This document shows, piece by piece, positions 14,056-25,140 of a DNA stretch of 64,000 bases (within the stretch, counting starts at the first letter, position 1; each line of letters starts with the position of its first letter). Origin of the DNA: Octopus vulgaris (lineage: Eukaryota); the NCBI GenBank assembly GCA_951406725.2, contig OX597815.1:2356001-2420000 (forward strand), in the 5' to 3' direction. The notes below the pieces were generated by a model. It saw nothing but the letters and a program-made list of their open reading frames with translations, searched no databases and was not told the DNA's origin. The position numbers and the translations under genes were made by a program.

Positions 14056-16273
14056 GACATGCGCAGTTAGTCGGTTGCTTCTTGTTGAGCTAGAGTGGAC
14101 GTGAGTCCAACTAAAGAAAAAAGACCAAAAACGGAAAGTTGTCGAGGTAAGTGATTTTGTTTATTGTGAGTTGGGCATAATTTATTGCGTGCCAATTATT
14201 ATTTCAGTAGGTTGTGTCCAACTCTGAGACAATTTCGCCTGCGCTAGGCGGCTGCCGTTTTTGTGTTCATTGAAAAAAAAAAAAAAAAAAAAGAAAAAAC
14301 AGTGGAGGGGCGTATACTCAGAATTCAATACAGTTACTGTTAAAATTACCGTTGGCAGTAACCAGTGCTGTGTTTGAGTTTGCTGAATTTATTCCCTTGT
14401 CAGAGTACTTCGCAAGAAAAGTATAAAAATAAGCCACTATTGGATTACCTTTCGGACCCATTTTTGTGGAGGTTGTGTTGCAGTTGCGGCGTTCCAGGTT
14501 CAACCCAGGCCGGGAGTACCGCAGAATATTTTTGCTGTGTTTTTTCTGTTTATTAACTTTCTTTTGAACTTCATTTACCCCCCCCCCTTTTGTTTTTTCT
14601 TTATTGCGACTTTCCGTTAATTTCTTCCCTTCTGTTGTGCTTTCTCCTTTTTGTTTTCTCAAAAATCTATCAAATTTATTTAGACTTTTGAACTTTTTTC
14701 TTCCTGCTTTTGAGTCTAATTTGAATATATTTTTTAAAAAACATGGCAATGAAAAATAACAAAGTTTTGGAGTGGGAAATCATACCACCCAAAAAGTGGT
14801 TGAAGGACCGTGAAGATAGGACGGTGGTGTTGAGAACCTACTCCAAGGCACTTGACACCATCGCCCTATTCGAAAAGACGGCAATTGAGGAGGAGTTGGA
14901 GGAGTATTTGCCAACAATTAAATTCATTTCCAGGGGTGTCAAATATGGAACGGTGTGGTTGCTGTTTGACACCCCTGAAGAGGCTTGCAAATTTGCTAGC
15001 GAACCCTTGGAGGGTAAGGAAATCTTATTCCTGCCCACTTACAAAAAAAAGAAATTGATAAAAGCTTGGATCTGCGGACTGCCACCCGACATAGAACCCG
15101 AGTGGATAGAGGAGACTATCCGCCGGGGTCTGGGTGACAGCGAAACTAAGCTCCTCAATGTAAAAGTTCTCCCTGCGGCTGCTTGGGTTGGCTCGAATGC
15201 AGTTTTGACCCTGTGGACCCAATCAGCCAATCTGGATTTTCCAGATTTTTTGAAAATGGCCGGGTGCAGGTACCCGGTGATGCTTGAGGGTCGCCCCCCT
15301 AAGTGTCATCGGTGCTTGGAGTCCGGCCACATAAAGAAGAACTGTCCTCGGGAACAAAATAGGATCCCGGAACAGTTAAGTAAAACCCCTCTAGAAGAGG
15401 GAACGATAACGGCCGAGAAAGCAGAGGACTCCTCAAGCAGAGGCCGAAAGAGGAAGGTGAGCAACAATGGGTGCTCACCAAAGGATAATAGGGATGAGGA
15501 GAGGAGGGCGAATCTTCCAGCCACGGAGGAGACGCACCATCCCTCAGTTGAAAAGGGGAAAAAAAAAAAAAAGAAAAAGAGGAAGAAAAACGGGACGTTG
15601 CCGGCTGTCAGTGTGGCACCGGAATGTCGCGGAACTACGTCGGTTGGGGTTGTGCCACCGACAAGAGAAGGAATACCGTTGGCGGAAACTGTGCCGCCAA
15701 CGAAAGAACTGAATGTATTGGTCCTCTTCTATAGAGGAGGAGAAATTGAAAAAGTGATGGAAGAGCACTACAAGGGAGCACCTTTAGCCTTCACACAGGA
15801 CCCCGAATGGCCTCCGCAGGTAGCTGTGGAGGCCGTGGCGTTCGACGTGACGCTAGGGCTAAAGGAGCTCAATGAAGACTATAACTTGGTCCCGGGCGAC
15901 GCGAACTCGGAACTTGACTACGTTCTGAGGGAGGCGTGGTTGATGGTGGAGGGCGCGGGCACAAGCTATTTCGAGGACGATATGTATTATTAGTAATGGA
16001 CTTAAGTCCAAAAATTGAAAAATTGTAAGAGGATTAATACCTCGTTTTGTATTGCTAAAATTGGAAAAATTGTAAGAGGTTTAATACCTCGTTTCGTGTT
16101 AATCTTTTTTAAAAAGAACAATGTTTTAGAGAAGCAAAAGTCGGCGGGCGCTTTCTGTCTTCTCCCATCCTTATCATCTTTCTTTCATTATCATTCACCT
16201 CATTAATGTCCTCGTCCAGCCCGCAAAGCTAACTTAATCTGTGTACTGCTTTTATGGCAAATGTTTTGAAATA
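14056..16273 (+). mobile_element. ORF1-only non-autonomous non-LTR retroelement (Tx1/L1-derived, HAL1-like architecture)
   Basis: 17-bp TSD AAGTAGCT(C/T)GCTAACCA at 14039-14055 and 16274-16290, a terminal AATAAA at 16270-16275, one ORF, and no RT. Confidence 0.8.
14743..15993 (+). CDS. Gag/ORF1p-like nucleic-acid-binding protein (RRM-like N-terminus, CCHC zinc knuckle, basic tract)
   Basis: Uninterrupted 416-aa ORF. EGRPPK-CHRCLESGHIKKNC fits CX2CX4HX4C. ICGLPPDI and YPVMLEG resemble Tx1/L1 ORF1. Confidence 0.85.
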   Translation: MAMKNNKVLEWEIIPPKKWLKDREDRTVVLRTYSKALDTIALFEKTAIEEELEEYLPTIKFISRGVKYGTVWLLFDTPEEACKFASEPLEGKEILFLPTYKKKKLIKAWICGLPPDIEPEWIEETIRRGLGDSETKLLNVKVLPAAAWVGSNAVLTLWTQSANLDFPDFLKMAGCRYPVMLEGRPPKCHRCLESGHIKKNCPREQNRIPEQLSKTPLEEGTITAEKAEDSSSRGRKRKVSNNGCSPKDNRDEERRANLPATEETHHPSVEKGKKKKKKKRKKNGTLPAVSVAPECRGTTSVGVVPPTREGIPLAETVPPTKELNVLVLFYRGGEIEKVMEEHYKGAPLAFTQDPEWPPQVAVEAVAFDVTLGLKELNEDYNLVPGDANSELDYVLREAWLMVEGAGTSYFEDDMYY

Positions 16274-16418
16274 AAGTAGCTTGCTAACCAACCACATGGT
16301 TCCGGGTTCAGTCCCACTGCGTGGCACCTTGGGCAAGTGTCTTCTGCTATAGCCTCGGGCCGACCAATGCCTTGTGAGTGGATTTGGTAGACGGAAACTG
16401 AAAGAAGCCTGTCGAATA

Positions 16419-16459
<41 letters not shown>

Positions 16460-16725
16460 TTGTGTGTCTGTGTTTGTCCCCCTAGCATTGCTTGACAACC
16501 GATGCTGGTGTGTTTACGTCCCCGTCCTTAGCGGTTCGGCAAAAGAGACCGATAGAATAAGTACTGGGCTTACAAAGAATAAGTCCCGGGGTCGATTTGC
16601 TCGACTAAAGGCGGTGCTCCAGCATGGCCGCAGTCAAATGACTGAAACAAGTAAAATAGCAAAAGAGTATATATATATATATAACAAAGTGAAGTTGTAA
16701 GGTACCGCGCGAGTGGAATTATATA

Positions 16726-17185
16726 TGAAAGAAGGTTTGAAAATGCAATTTTAAAGATGTTTATTCACTTGACTGGTTTTCATTTTTTTAGAAAAAGATT
16801 GTCAAAAGTAAAATGTAAAAGCTTTGTTGTGTTAAGTACTGGTTGTCACAAAATACTACAATACATATACACATTCTTTGATAATAATAATAACATGTTA
16901 ACAGTTTACAAAGAAAAATCTTGGAAAAATATAAAAAAGTTCATTAAAAATATTGGGCACAAAAAGTTGCAATACTTATATACATACTTTGATAATAATA
17001 AGCTGTTAAAAACAGTTTACATCTTATTATTATTATCAAAGAATGTATATATGTATTGTAATATTTTGTGACAACCAGTACTTAACGCAACAAAGCTTTT
17101 ACATTTTACTTTCGACAAACTTTTCTAAAAAAGTGAAACCAGTCAAGTGAATAAACATCTTTTAAAATTGCATTTTCAAACCTTC

Positions 17186-17190
<5 letters not shown>
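16726..17190. mobile_element. MITE-like fold-back element with about 170-bp inverted arms in TA context
   Basis: TGAAAGAAGGTTTGAAAATGC... (16726-16898) is the reverse complement of about 17019-17190. Confidence 0.75.
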
Positions 17191-17216
<26 letters not shown>

Positions 17217-17370
17217 ACTTATAAATAAGTACTAAAGAAAATTATTTCTTTGCCAATATGCTGATAACAGACTTTTAAATCGTCAATTTCCACATATTAT
17301 TTACTGGCTACAGAAAATACGTAGAGCTGAATCGAGGAAAGCTAGTCAACAGGATTTTTTAAAATGTCCG

Positions 17371-17424
<54 letters not shown>

Positions 17425-17536
17425 GCCTGCTCGCTTAGCCTGAGGGGTGGCGTCATTTGAAGGCTAAAACAGTGCGAAGCGCATTGTGACCAGCGATGTG
17501 TAGCAACATCTGATGGCCTGGTCGGTCACGGTGACG

Positions 17537-17616
<80 letters not shown>

Positions 17617-17638
17617 TGTATGTATGTATTTATGTATA

Positions 17639-18130
17639 TACAGGGTGCGGTAAATAAATTGTCGTCTAAATTAGGCAAAAATGAAAATAACACTAACATC
17701 TCATTTTAACAGATATATTTACCAAAATTACATAAAAATATCTTGAAATACCAAACAGTAAATTCTATTCAACAAAATCGCCATTGGCTTCAACCACGGC
17801 CTCCAGACGACTTCAGAATCTCCTGCAACTCTTCTGGACAGTCTCCTTGATTAAGTTGGTCAATGTTGCCATGATCCTTGCCTTCAGTTCATCTTTGGTG
17901 TTACAAGGAGCTTTGTCGGCCTCTCGCTCAAGTGTGCCCCTTACATAATAATCAAGGGGATTGTAGTGTGGGTAGTTAGGTAGCCAGAGGTTAGGGGTAA
18001 TGTGGTCGCAGAAATTGTCTGACTGCCATTACTAGGTCCTCCTGCTTTTGTGATATAGTGCAGTCCTGTTGCCAGACATAGGGTCTTCCAGCAGTCACTC
18101 TCTTCAACCAGGGCAGCACTACCTTCTCCG
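17639..18130 (-). pseudogene. Tc1/mariner-superfamily (maT/DD37D-like) transposase C-terminal remnant with one TIR
   Basis: Minus strand VVLPWLKRVTAGRPYVWQQD...DYNPLDYYV...NTKDELKARI...RLEAVVEANGDFVE*. The end TACAGGGTG is at 17639. Confidence 0.8.
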
Positions 18131-18167
18131 GACACATACGCGTGTGTACCAGTATATGTGAGTTCCT

Positions 18168-18282
<115 letters not shown>

Positions 18283-18882
18283 AAATTAAAAAAAGAAAAT
18301 ACGCACACTTACATAGTTTTAATATAATTTTTAATATATCGACCGGTTTCGCTATCGCTATTCATGGTATTATGTTTTACTTATTTGAATATCTATTTTT
18401 CTTAAGAAGAAATTTTGTCCATGTTGTGTGTGTGACGATATTCACGAGCGAATGACTTCACAAGTAGATAAATTAGGTGAGGTAATTGGTTATCGTTATT
18501 ATTGTTATTGTTGTGGGTAAGGGAGATAACTGTTCAGCTTTCGGCAATGGGAGGGGAATATATATGTACAGACAAAAACAAGCTTCGAAAAACTTGTTTA
18601 ATGGGGGGATTTATATACAGTGATGTAATCGTGAATTGAAATATTTAAAGAGATAAAAGTTGGTTATGCGTGCATATTAAGACGTGTTCTGTATTTTTCA
18701 ACGAAAAAAGTTTATTTATTTAAACGTTCTTGTGGAGAAATTGAGTCTTTGCACTGGTAGAAGAGGAAGACTGTGAAATTTGGTTTGATGTTATCTGCAC
18801 ATTTTTCTATATATTCACTGAGAGGAATTTGCCTGTATTGCGCGAAACGGATTTACTCTTTATGTAGAGTGGTTCTCTTTCT

Positions 18883-19218
18883 CTAGGTCATACTCGTTTG
18901 TTCGATATGATTGTGTCCGCAAACCGAGCAGGTTATTACATAAATTAGGTTCTCAGAGGCACAAGTGAAACTAATTTTAATTGTGGACCTCTGTCCTTGT
19001 TTGAAAAGGAAATCCGAGCCTTCAAATAGGTTGGGGCAGGTTCCACAGTTTGGGCGCCCACATTTTTCAACCGTTGGTTTCGTGGTTGTTTTGTAAAGCT
19101 TCGCATTTGTTAGTAGTCTCTTTAGCGATTTGTCTTGTTCTTTGCATTTGATGAGTTTGTGTGTTTTCAGGAGGTCGTTCATTTTTGGATCTCTATTTAG
19201 TAAAGAAAGATTTTGCAC
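18883..19218 (-). pseudogene. Penelope-like Cys linker and GIY-YIG endonuclease fragment
   Basis: CGRPNCGTC...NLIYVITCSVCGHNHIEQT (degenerate xIY...YIG). Confidence 0.8.
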
Positions 19219-19355
19219 AATAGTGTTGAATGCCTCACTGTTTCTGAGGTTTTGTGTTGATATAAATAGTAATTTTTTGAGATGTGGTATGGTGTTATGT
19301 TTTGTTGTTCTTAGTGTTTTTATGTTTAATTCTTTGGTACTTTTAATTCCATCGT

Positions 19356-19970
19356 CTATAAGTGAGGGTGGATATTGTCTTTGAGATCTTGAAGACGAAG
19401 GTCCCGAGTTGTTCTATCAGACACTATTGTGCAGATCCTTTTTGCCAAATTGAAAGGGATATTTACTTTGATGTGTTTCGGGTGGCATGAGTTAAAGAGG
19501 AGATATTGTTTTGAATCAGTTGGTTTACAATAAATGTCAGTTATGATTTCATTGTTAACTTTTTTTATCATGATGTCTAAAAATGGGAGCTGTTCTTTGC
19601 TATATTCCATTGTAAATTGAATGTTATTATTTATATAATTTAGTGTTGATTTGAAATCCAAAAGTTTGTCGATGTTCTCCTTCCAGATGATAAAACAGTC
19701 ATCTAGGTATCTCTTCCAATTTTCTCTTATGGAGAGGTAAAATGGGTAACCATATTTCTGAAGAGATACTTCATATAAGGTGAATTCAAAACAACCCATT
19801 ATTAGGTTCGCAAGAACAGGGGCTGCTTTCGTCCCCATAGCAATTCCGCATTTCTGACGATAGTATGTCTTATCAAATAGGAGATAATTGTTCTGAAGTA
19901 TAAATTTTAAGGATGCAATGATAAAGATCTTGTTTATGCGTTCCAGGAGTACTTCGGGGTACTTTTCCAA
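19356..19970 (-). pseudogene. Penelope-like reverse transcriptase fragment
   Basis: ORF track 204 aa with the YLDD catalytic motif and the PLE thumb motif SCHP. Confidence 0.9.
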
Positions 19971-20173
19971 CCAGAATTTAATTGCTTTTATTCCATAGTC
20001 ATGGGGTATGTTGGTGTAAAGATTGATAACATCGAGGGTATATATATATATTTATATATATATATTTATATATATGTATTCGTCCATACGTGCGCATATG
20101 CGCGTGTACTTAGTTGTATGTATATACCCATATACTTGGATGTGCATGTGTGAGTGCGTATTTATAAATGCAT

Positions 20174-20223
<50 letters not shown>

Positions 20224-20224
20224 G

Positions 20225-20259
<35 letters not shown>

Positions 20260-20782
20260 TGTATGTATGTATGTATGTATGTATGTACGTATCTGTATGT
20301 ATATGTGCGTCTAAGCACGAATGCAAAAGAATTTTTCGTCAAAGTATCATCTTCCTTCCAACTTCTACTTCCTTTTCTTTCTCTTAACAGTTTACAATCA
20401 GCGATGGTTCATTACGCCATTTTTCTCTACACTAGGATTTATAATTTTCAAGTTTGTATTTGAAGTTTTCGTGTTTCAATTTTTCTCTGCTTTTACTCAT
20501 TCCCAAAGTTGAGGCACTTATAGCGGTACGTAAAAACGAATGAGAAAATCTCTAGTGAGACTTTTTACTTTTGTTTATTTACTTATGTACCCGAAGAAAC
20601 CCAGAACGGGTGGAAACGTGTCGTACTCAATAAAATCTTTTATTCCATCTATTTTATCAATACTGTTACCTCAACCGCCACTTGGAAGTTCCTTCAATAA
20701 ATCTACGGATAACAACAGGGAATCGAAACTGTGACCATGCTTTACTCATCATCTATTTATACATTTTGTATAATTTCTCCAT

Positions 20783-20870
<88 letters not shown>

Positions 20871-21500
20871 CTAGCAGCTAAGCCCGGTTTCATTCGGTCG
20901 GTTTTGGATGATGTGACAGTAAAACCTGTTCTGTGTAAACATTCGACTTGTTTGGGCACGCTTACGTCAAAAATCAATTTTGGAAAGACATTTTTCTGTC
21001 AAAACCCTAAATATGATTGACCCTATCCCCTAAAAAAAACAACCAAGATTCAACCAAATCAAAAAATAAACCGAAATACTAAGCGAACAAAGACGAACCA
21101 TCCCACTTCCACTGCGCGCGCACACGCGCACACACCGAGACACACTCACATTCACATACCCCCACCTTTTACATACACACACATATATTCACACAGAGTT
21201 TAAACGCTGTTTGATTTATTTTTTCAGCGTATAATTTCCATCATCCCACTACCAAGTATGACTTCACCCCTTCCTTCTTTATTCCTCTGTCACCCCTTCC
21301 TTTCTCATTCATAAATACAAGAGTATTATTATAGTAGATTATCTCGATAACCATGGGAGCTATGGAAAAAAATACAAAGCCCAGCAACACCACCGGATCA
21401 TTCTACACATGTGTAATTTTTTCTCGCAATTCCACCCATCCATTTCCCCGTGAATCCTAAAACAAAACAGAATCGCCCATATCAAATTTATATGCATAGA
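20871..21500 (-). mobile_element. Helitron-like non-autonomous element
   Basis: CTAG end with a nearby imperfect CCGG hairpin at 20871-20900. Segment 21200-21310 resembles 23108-23215. Confidence 0.5.
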
Positions 21501-21743
21501 TATATGGATGTGTGTGTGTGCATATGCGCATGTGGGTGTCTATTATGTATGTAGGAATAAATTGACGCAGTTGGTTTAGTGGTTAGGGTGTCACACCCAT
21601 GATCGTAAGACTGTGATTTCGAATCCTGTATATAAATATATATAAGATCAGCAACAATTTAGATTCAATTGAATATGATACTTAATTTAGATGCACCAGA
21701 ATTTTGTATGGTGTTACCCATAAAAATATGCAGGGTGATTATA

Positions 21744-22052
21744 ATCAAAAATAAGCAACAAGAATGATTCCGGTAATTTGGTACAATTGTTTCGTACTAC
21801 AACATTTTATTAAAAGCTGTAAATATTACAGCAGATTTAAGATGCTGAGTACTCTTCAGCTAATTTATATAGGTTTTCCAATAATATAAAAGCTTTCAAT
21901 TTGAAAACTTTTATATTATTGGAAAACCTATATAAATTAGCTGAAGAGTACTCAGCATCTTAAATCTGCTGTAATATTTACAGCTTTTAATAAAATGTTG
22001 TAGTACGAAACAATTGTACCAAATTACCGGAATCATTCTTGTTGCTTATTTT

Positions 22053-22056
<4 letters not shown>
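21744..22056. repeat. 313-bp near-perfect palindrome; each 156-bp arm carries a hammerhead core
   Basis: Arms 21744-21899 and 21901-22056. The plus-strand core is CTGAAGA-GTAC...GTAC-GAAA-CAATTG-TA at 21941-22018. Confidence 0.9.
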
Positions 22057-22096
<40 letters not shown>

Positions 22097-22988
22097 TCAC
22101 ACACACATATATATATGAACGTACGTACATACAAACATACATACATACACTCACACACACATATATATAAACGTACATACATACATACATACATACATAC
22201 ATTTGAGTTGTCTTCCTTTTCCATTTCAAACGACATTTAACCAACAGCTATGGCTGCCTATATCCGCTTGCTCCGCCGTTGTCATATCATTTACTAATTC
22301 GTCGCTTTTACGTTTTCGTTTCCTTTCTTCTTTCTGATATCCTGTTCTTTTTCACTTTTCTGTTTTTGTTGTCGGTTCACATCTTTAATAATCTGTTAAT
22401 TTATTGTTGCATAAAATTATATTTGAAAACCTGATTTTCTTTTTGTTGCTATTCAGTAGGAACCGGTTAAAGTGTTTCTCATATCCTGTTTATTTCGTAA
22501 TCGTGTGGTTGTAACTGGCCGAGGTGTTTTGGTTGTTAATGGCGCCGTTCTGGTTATCTGCCCCTTATTTGATTATCGTTCGGCAGTTTCCAGCTTCCAT
22601 CCAGAGGTTTTTAATTATTTCTCGATGTACATACACATGTGCTTTCATATATTGTTACACGTATGTATACGTGCACGTGCACACACAAATATAAACATAC
22701 GTATCTTTGTAATGAGTGCGTATGCATACATACACACGCAAACTTACGCCGGCATGCGTTCGAGAGTATTTACCTAATTTGTCACTCAGTTTATCACTGC
22801 TACCTGGGGTGGAGGATATTTTTTGTGGACCTCACTATGTAGCAATCATTAAGGCCAAGTCTCCAGTTTTCAGGATAACTTCCTGATTGCCTTGAAGGTC
22901 CTTTAGAAATCTATTGGTATCGCCTTCCCGTATCACAAAACGATAAAAAGTGCTTTATATGCATGCGTTAAAATGTTTTATGTAATTA

Positions 22989-23215
22989 CTAGATGACGCC
23001 GTGCCGTCAAAAATGATGGCTAATTGTAGTATTTTATATATAAATATGGATGGTAAATCATATTAATACGTTTGTCAATGTTCATATACGTTCACATACT
23101 TCCAGTTGAAACGCTTGTTTGATTTTCCTTTGCAGCGTTTAATGTTCGCCATCCCACCAGTTTGCTATCACCCTTTCCTTCTTTGTTCATCTATCACCTC
23201 TTCCTTTCTCATACA
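22989..23215 (-). mobile_element. Helitron-like 3' end
   Basis: Minus strand GCCATC ATTTTT GACGGC hairpin followed by ACGGCGTCATCTAGT. Confidence 0.55.
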
Positions 23216-24788
23216 AATTTAAAGGAATGACCATTTAGTGGACAGCCTATATGCTAAGCATAGACGTCAAATCGCCATTACCACGAAGAATGTGTTCTCA
23301 AGTAGTGGTCAGTCCTCTAAATTTTGTATGTAGCACAATATTTAATCTTCGGATTTTTTAAAAATATGCTAAGCCACTGGTTTTTAATTGATTAATATCA
23401 ATTTTTACCCTTATTTAATTTTAGATAAAAAATGTTCTCTAATCAGTAAATTTACTGCTGTAGTTCATTAACTGCAGAGTAGTTTCCAGTCTCAGCGCGC
23501 CAAAGTGAGGGCATTTGAAAGGATACATCTAAATATAAATTGTAGAACTTTATACATGTTGGATTTCGGTTGAGCGTTCTGTGTCTAGTTCTGGAAATTG
23601 TGTTTTGTAAACGACAGACCATGCTGATGATCTTGCAGATGTTTACATATCCATATACGTAAATATTAACAAGTGAAACTAATGGTACATAGGTAATTGT
23701 TTTTTATTTCGTAAATTTTCCTTTGTCTTTCTTATTTTTACATTTTGGTTTATTGCTGAGATTCTTCGTGGTAATGGCGATTTGACGTCTATATTTAGCA
23801 TATAGACTGTCCACTTTTAGTGGTCAGTCCTCTATATTTTGCATGTAGTACAATATCTAATCTTTGGATTTTTTAAAATATGCCAAGCCACTGGTTTTTA
23901 ATTGATTAATATCAATTTCTACCCTTATCTAATTTTATATATATTAGCTATAGGAGAAAACACTTGCCAAAGGTGCCACGCAGTGGGACTGAACCCGGAA
24001 CCATGTGGTTGGAAAGCAAACTACTTACCACACAGCCACTCCTGTAGAATATAGAATACAGCCAAGAAACTCCTGCGCCTATATACGTGTATGTATAATT
24101 ATTTATATACACATATATAAGTATATGTGTACACACACACACACACATACACACAGACCCCCACACACACACATAGAGGCCGGGCTTCGGGTACTGTTCC
24201 TGTTTACCAAATTCCATCTTAATCAGAGGATGTATTAAAAGACTCTCTCCCAAGCTGCCACACGCCTGCACCGAACTAACTTTCTTTCTTTTGTATATAT
24301 CCGTGTTTATTAAAAAAACAGATTATCGATAATCTCACCCAGGCAGATAAATAATACTTTAACATCTCACAAGATTTACAACATTTACAACTTATAAAAC
24401 CGCTTATACTTCCGGTTATCTCTTATTTCCTCACAATCCGTTTTCTTCTACATTCCCTCCTGTGGGTATGCGTGTGAGTGTCTGTGTGTGCGAGTGTGTA
24501 CGCGTGTGTGTCTATGTGTGCGTGTGTGTATGCCGCCTCTGTGCGTATATACTGCGTATTTCTATAACAAAACACCTACACATCACAAATATTGAAAAAT
24601 GTTCAACGCAAAACCGACAGGTGCGTCTATGAACTCGAAACTGCGCAGTCAATTCGAAACCACACCTTGCTGTCCGGGACTAAAGAGTGCATATCTTCCG
24701 ACCCAATACTCTGTATGAATGTACGAATGTCGTTCAGTACAGTGAATATTTCCGAAATGCTCATGTTGTGTTGTGTTTATAAATGAAT

Positions 24789-24951
24789 AGGCGCAGGAGT
24801 GGCTATGTGGTAAGTAGCTTGCTAACCAACCACATGGTTCCGGGTTCAGTCCCACTGCGTAGCATCTTGGGCAAGTGTCTTCTGCTATAGCCCCGGGCCG
24901 ACCAATGCCTTGTGAGTGGATTTGGTAGACGGAAACTGAAAGAAGCCTGTC

Positions 24952-24989
<38 letters not shown>

Positions 24990-25140
24990 GTATATGTATG
25001 TAGTGTATGTGTTTGTGTGTCTGTGTTTGTTTCCCCAACATCGCTTGACAACCGATGCTGGTGTGTTTATGTCCCCGTCACTTAGCGGTTCGGCAAAAGG
25101 GACGATATAATAAGTACTAGGCTTACAAAGAATAAGTCCC
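24789..25140 (+). mobile_element. SINE family A
   Basis: Near-consensus head and body. Further partial copies at 23947-24042 (minus), 25195-25368 (plus) and 25515-25830. Confidence 0.85.

Larger units (their letters stand above)
14016..16667 (+). mobile_element. SINE family A copy split by a 2.2-kb insertion (head 14016-14055, remainder 16274-16667)
   Basis: Joining the two parts restores the consensus seen at 24789 onward (GTAAGTAGCTTGCTAACCAACCACATGG). Confidence 0.9.
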
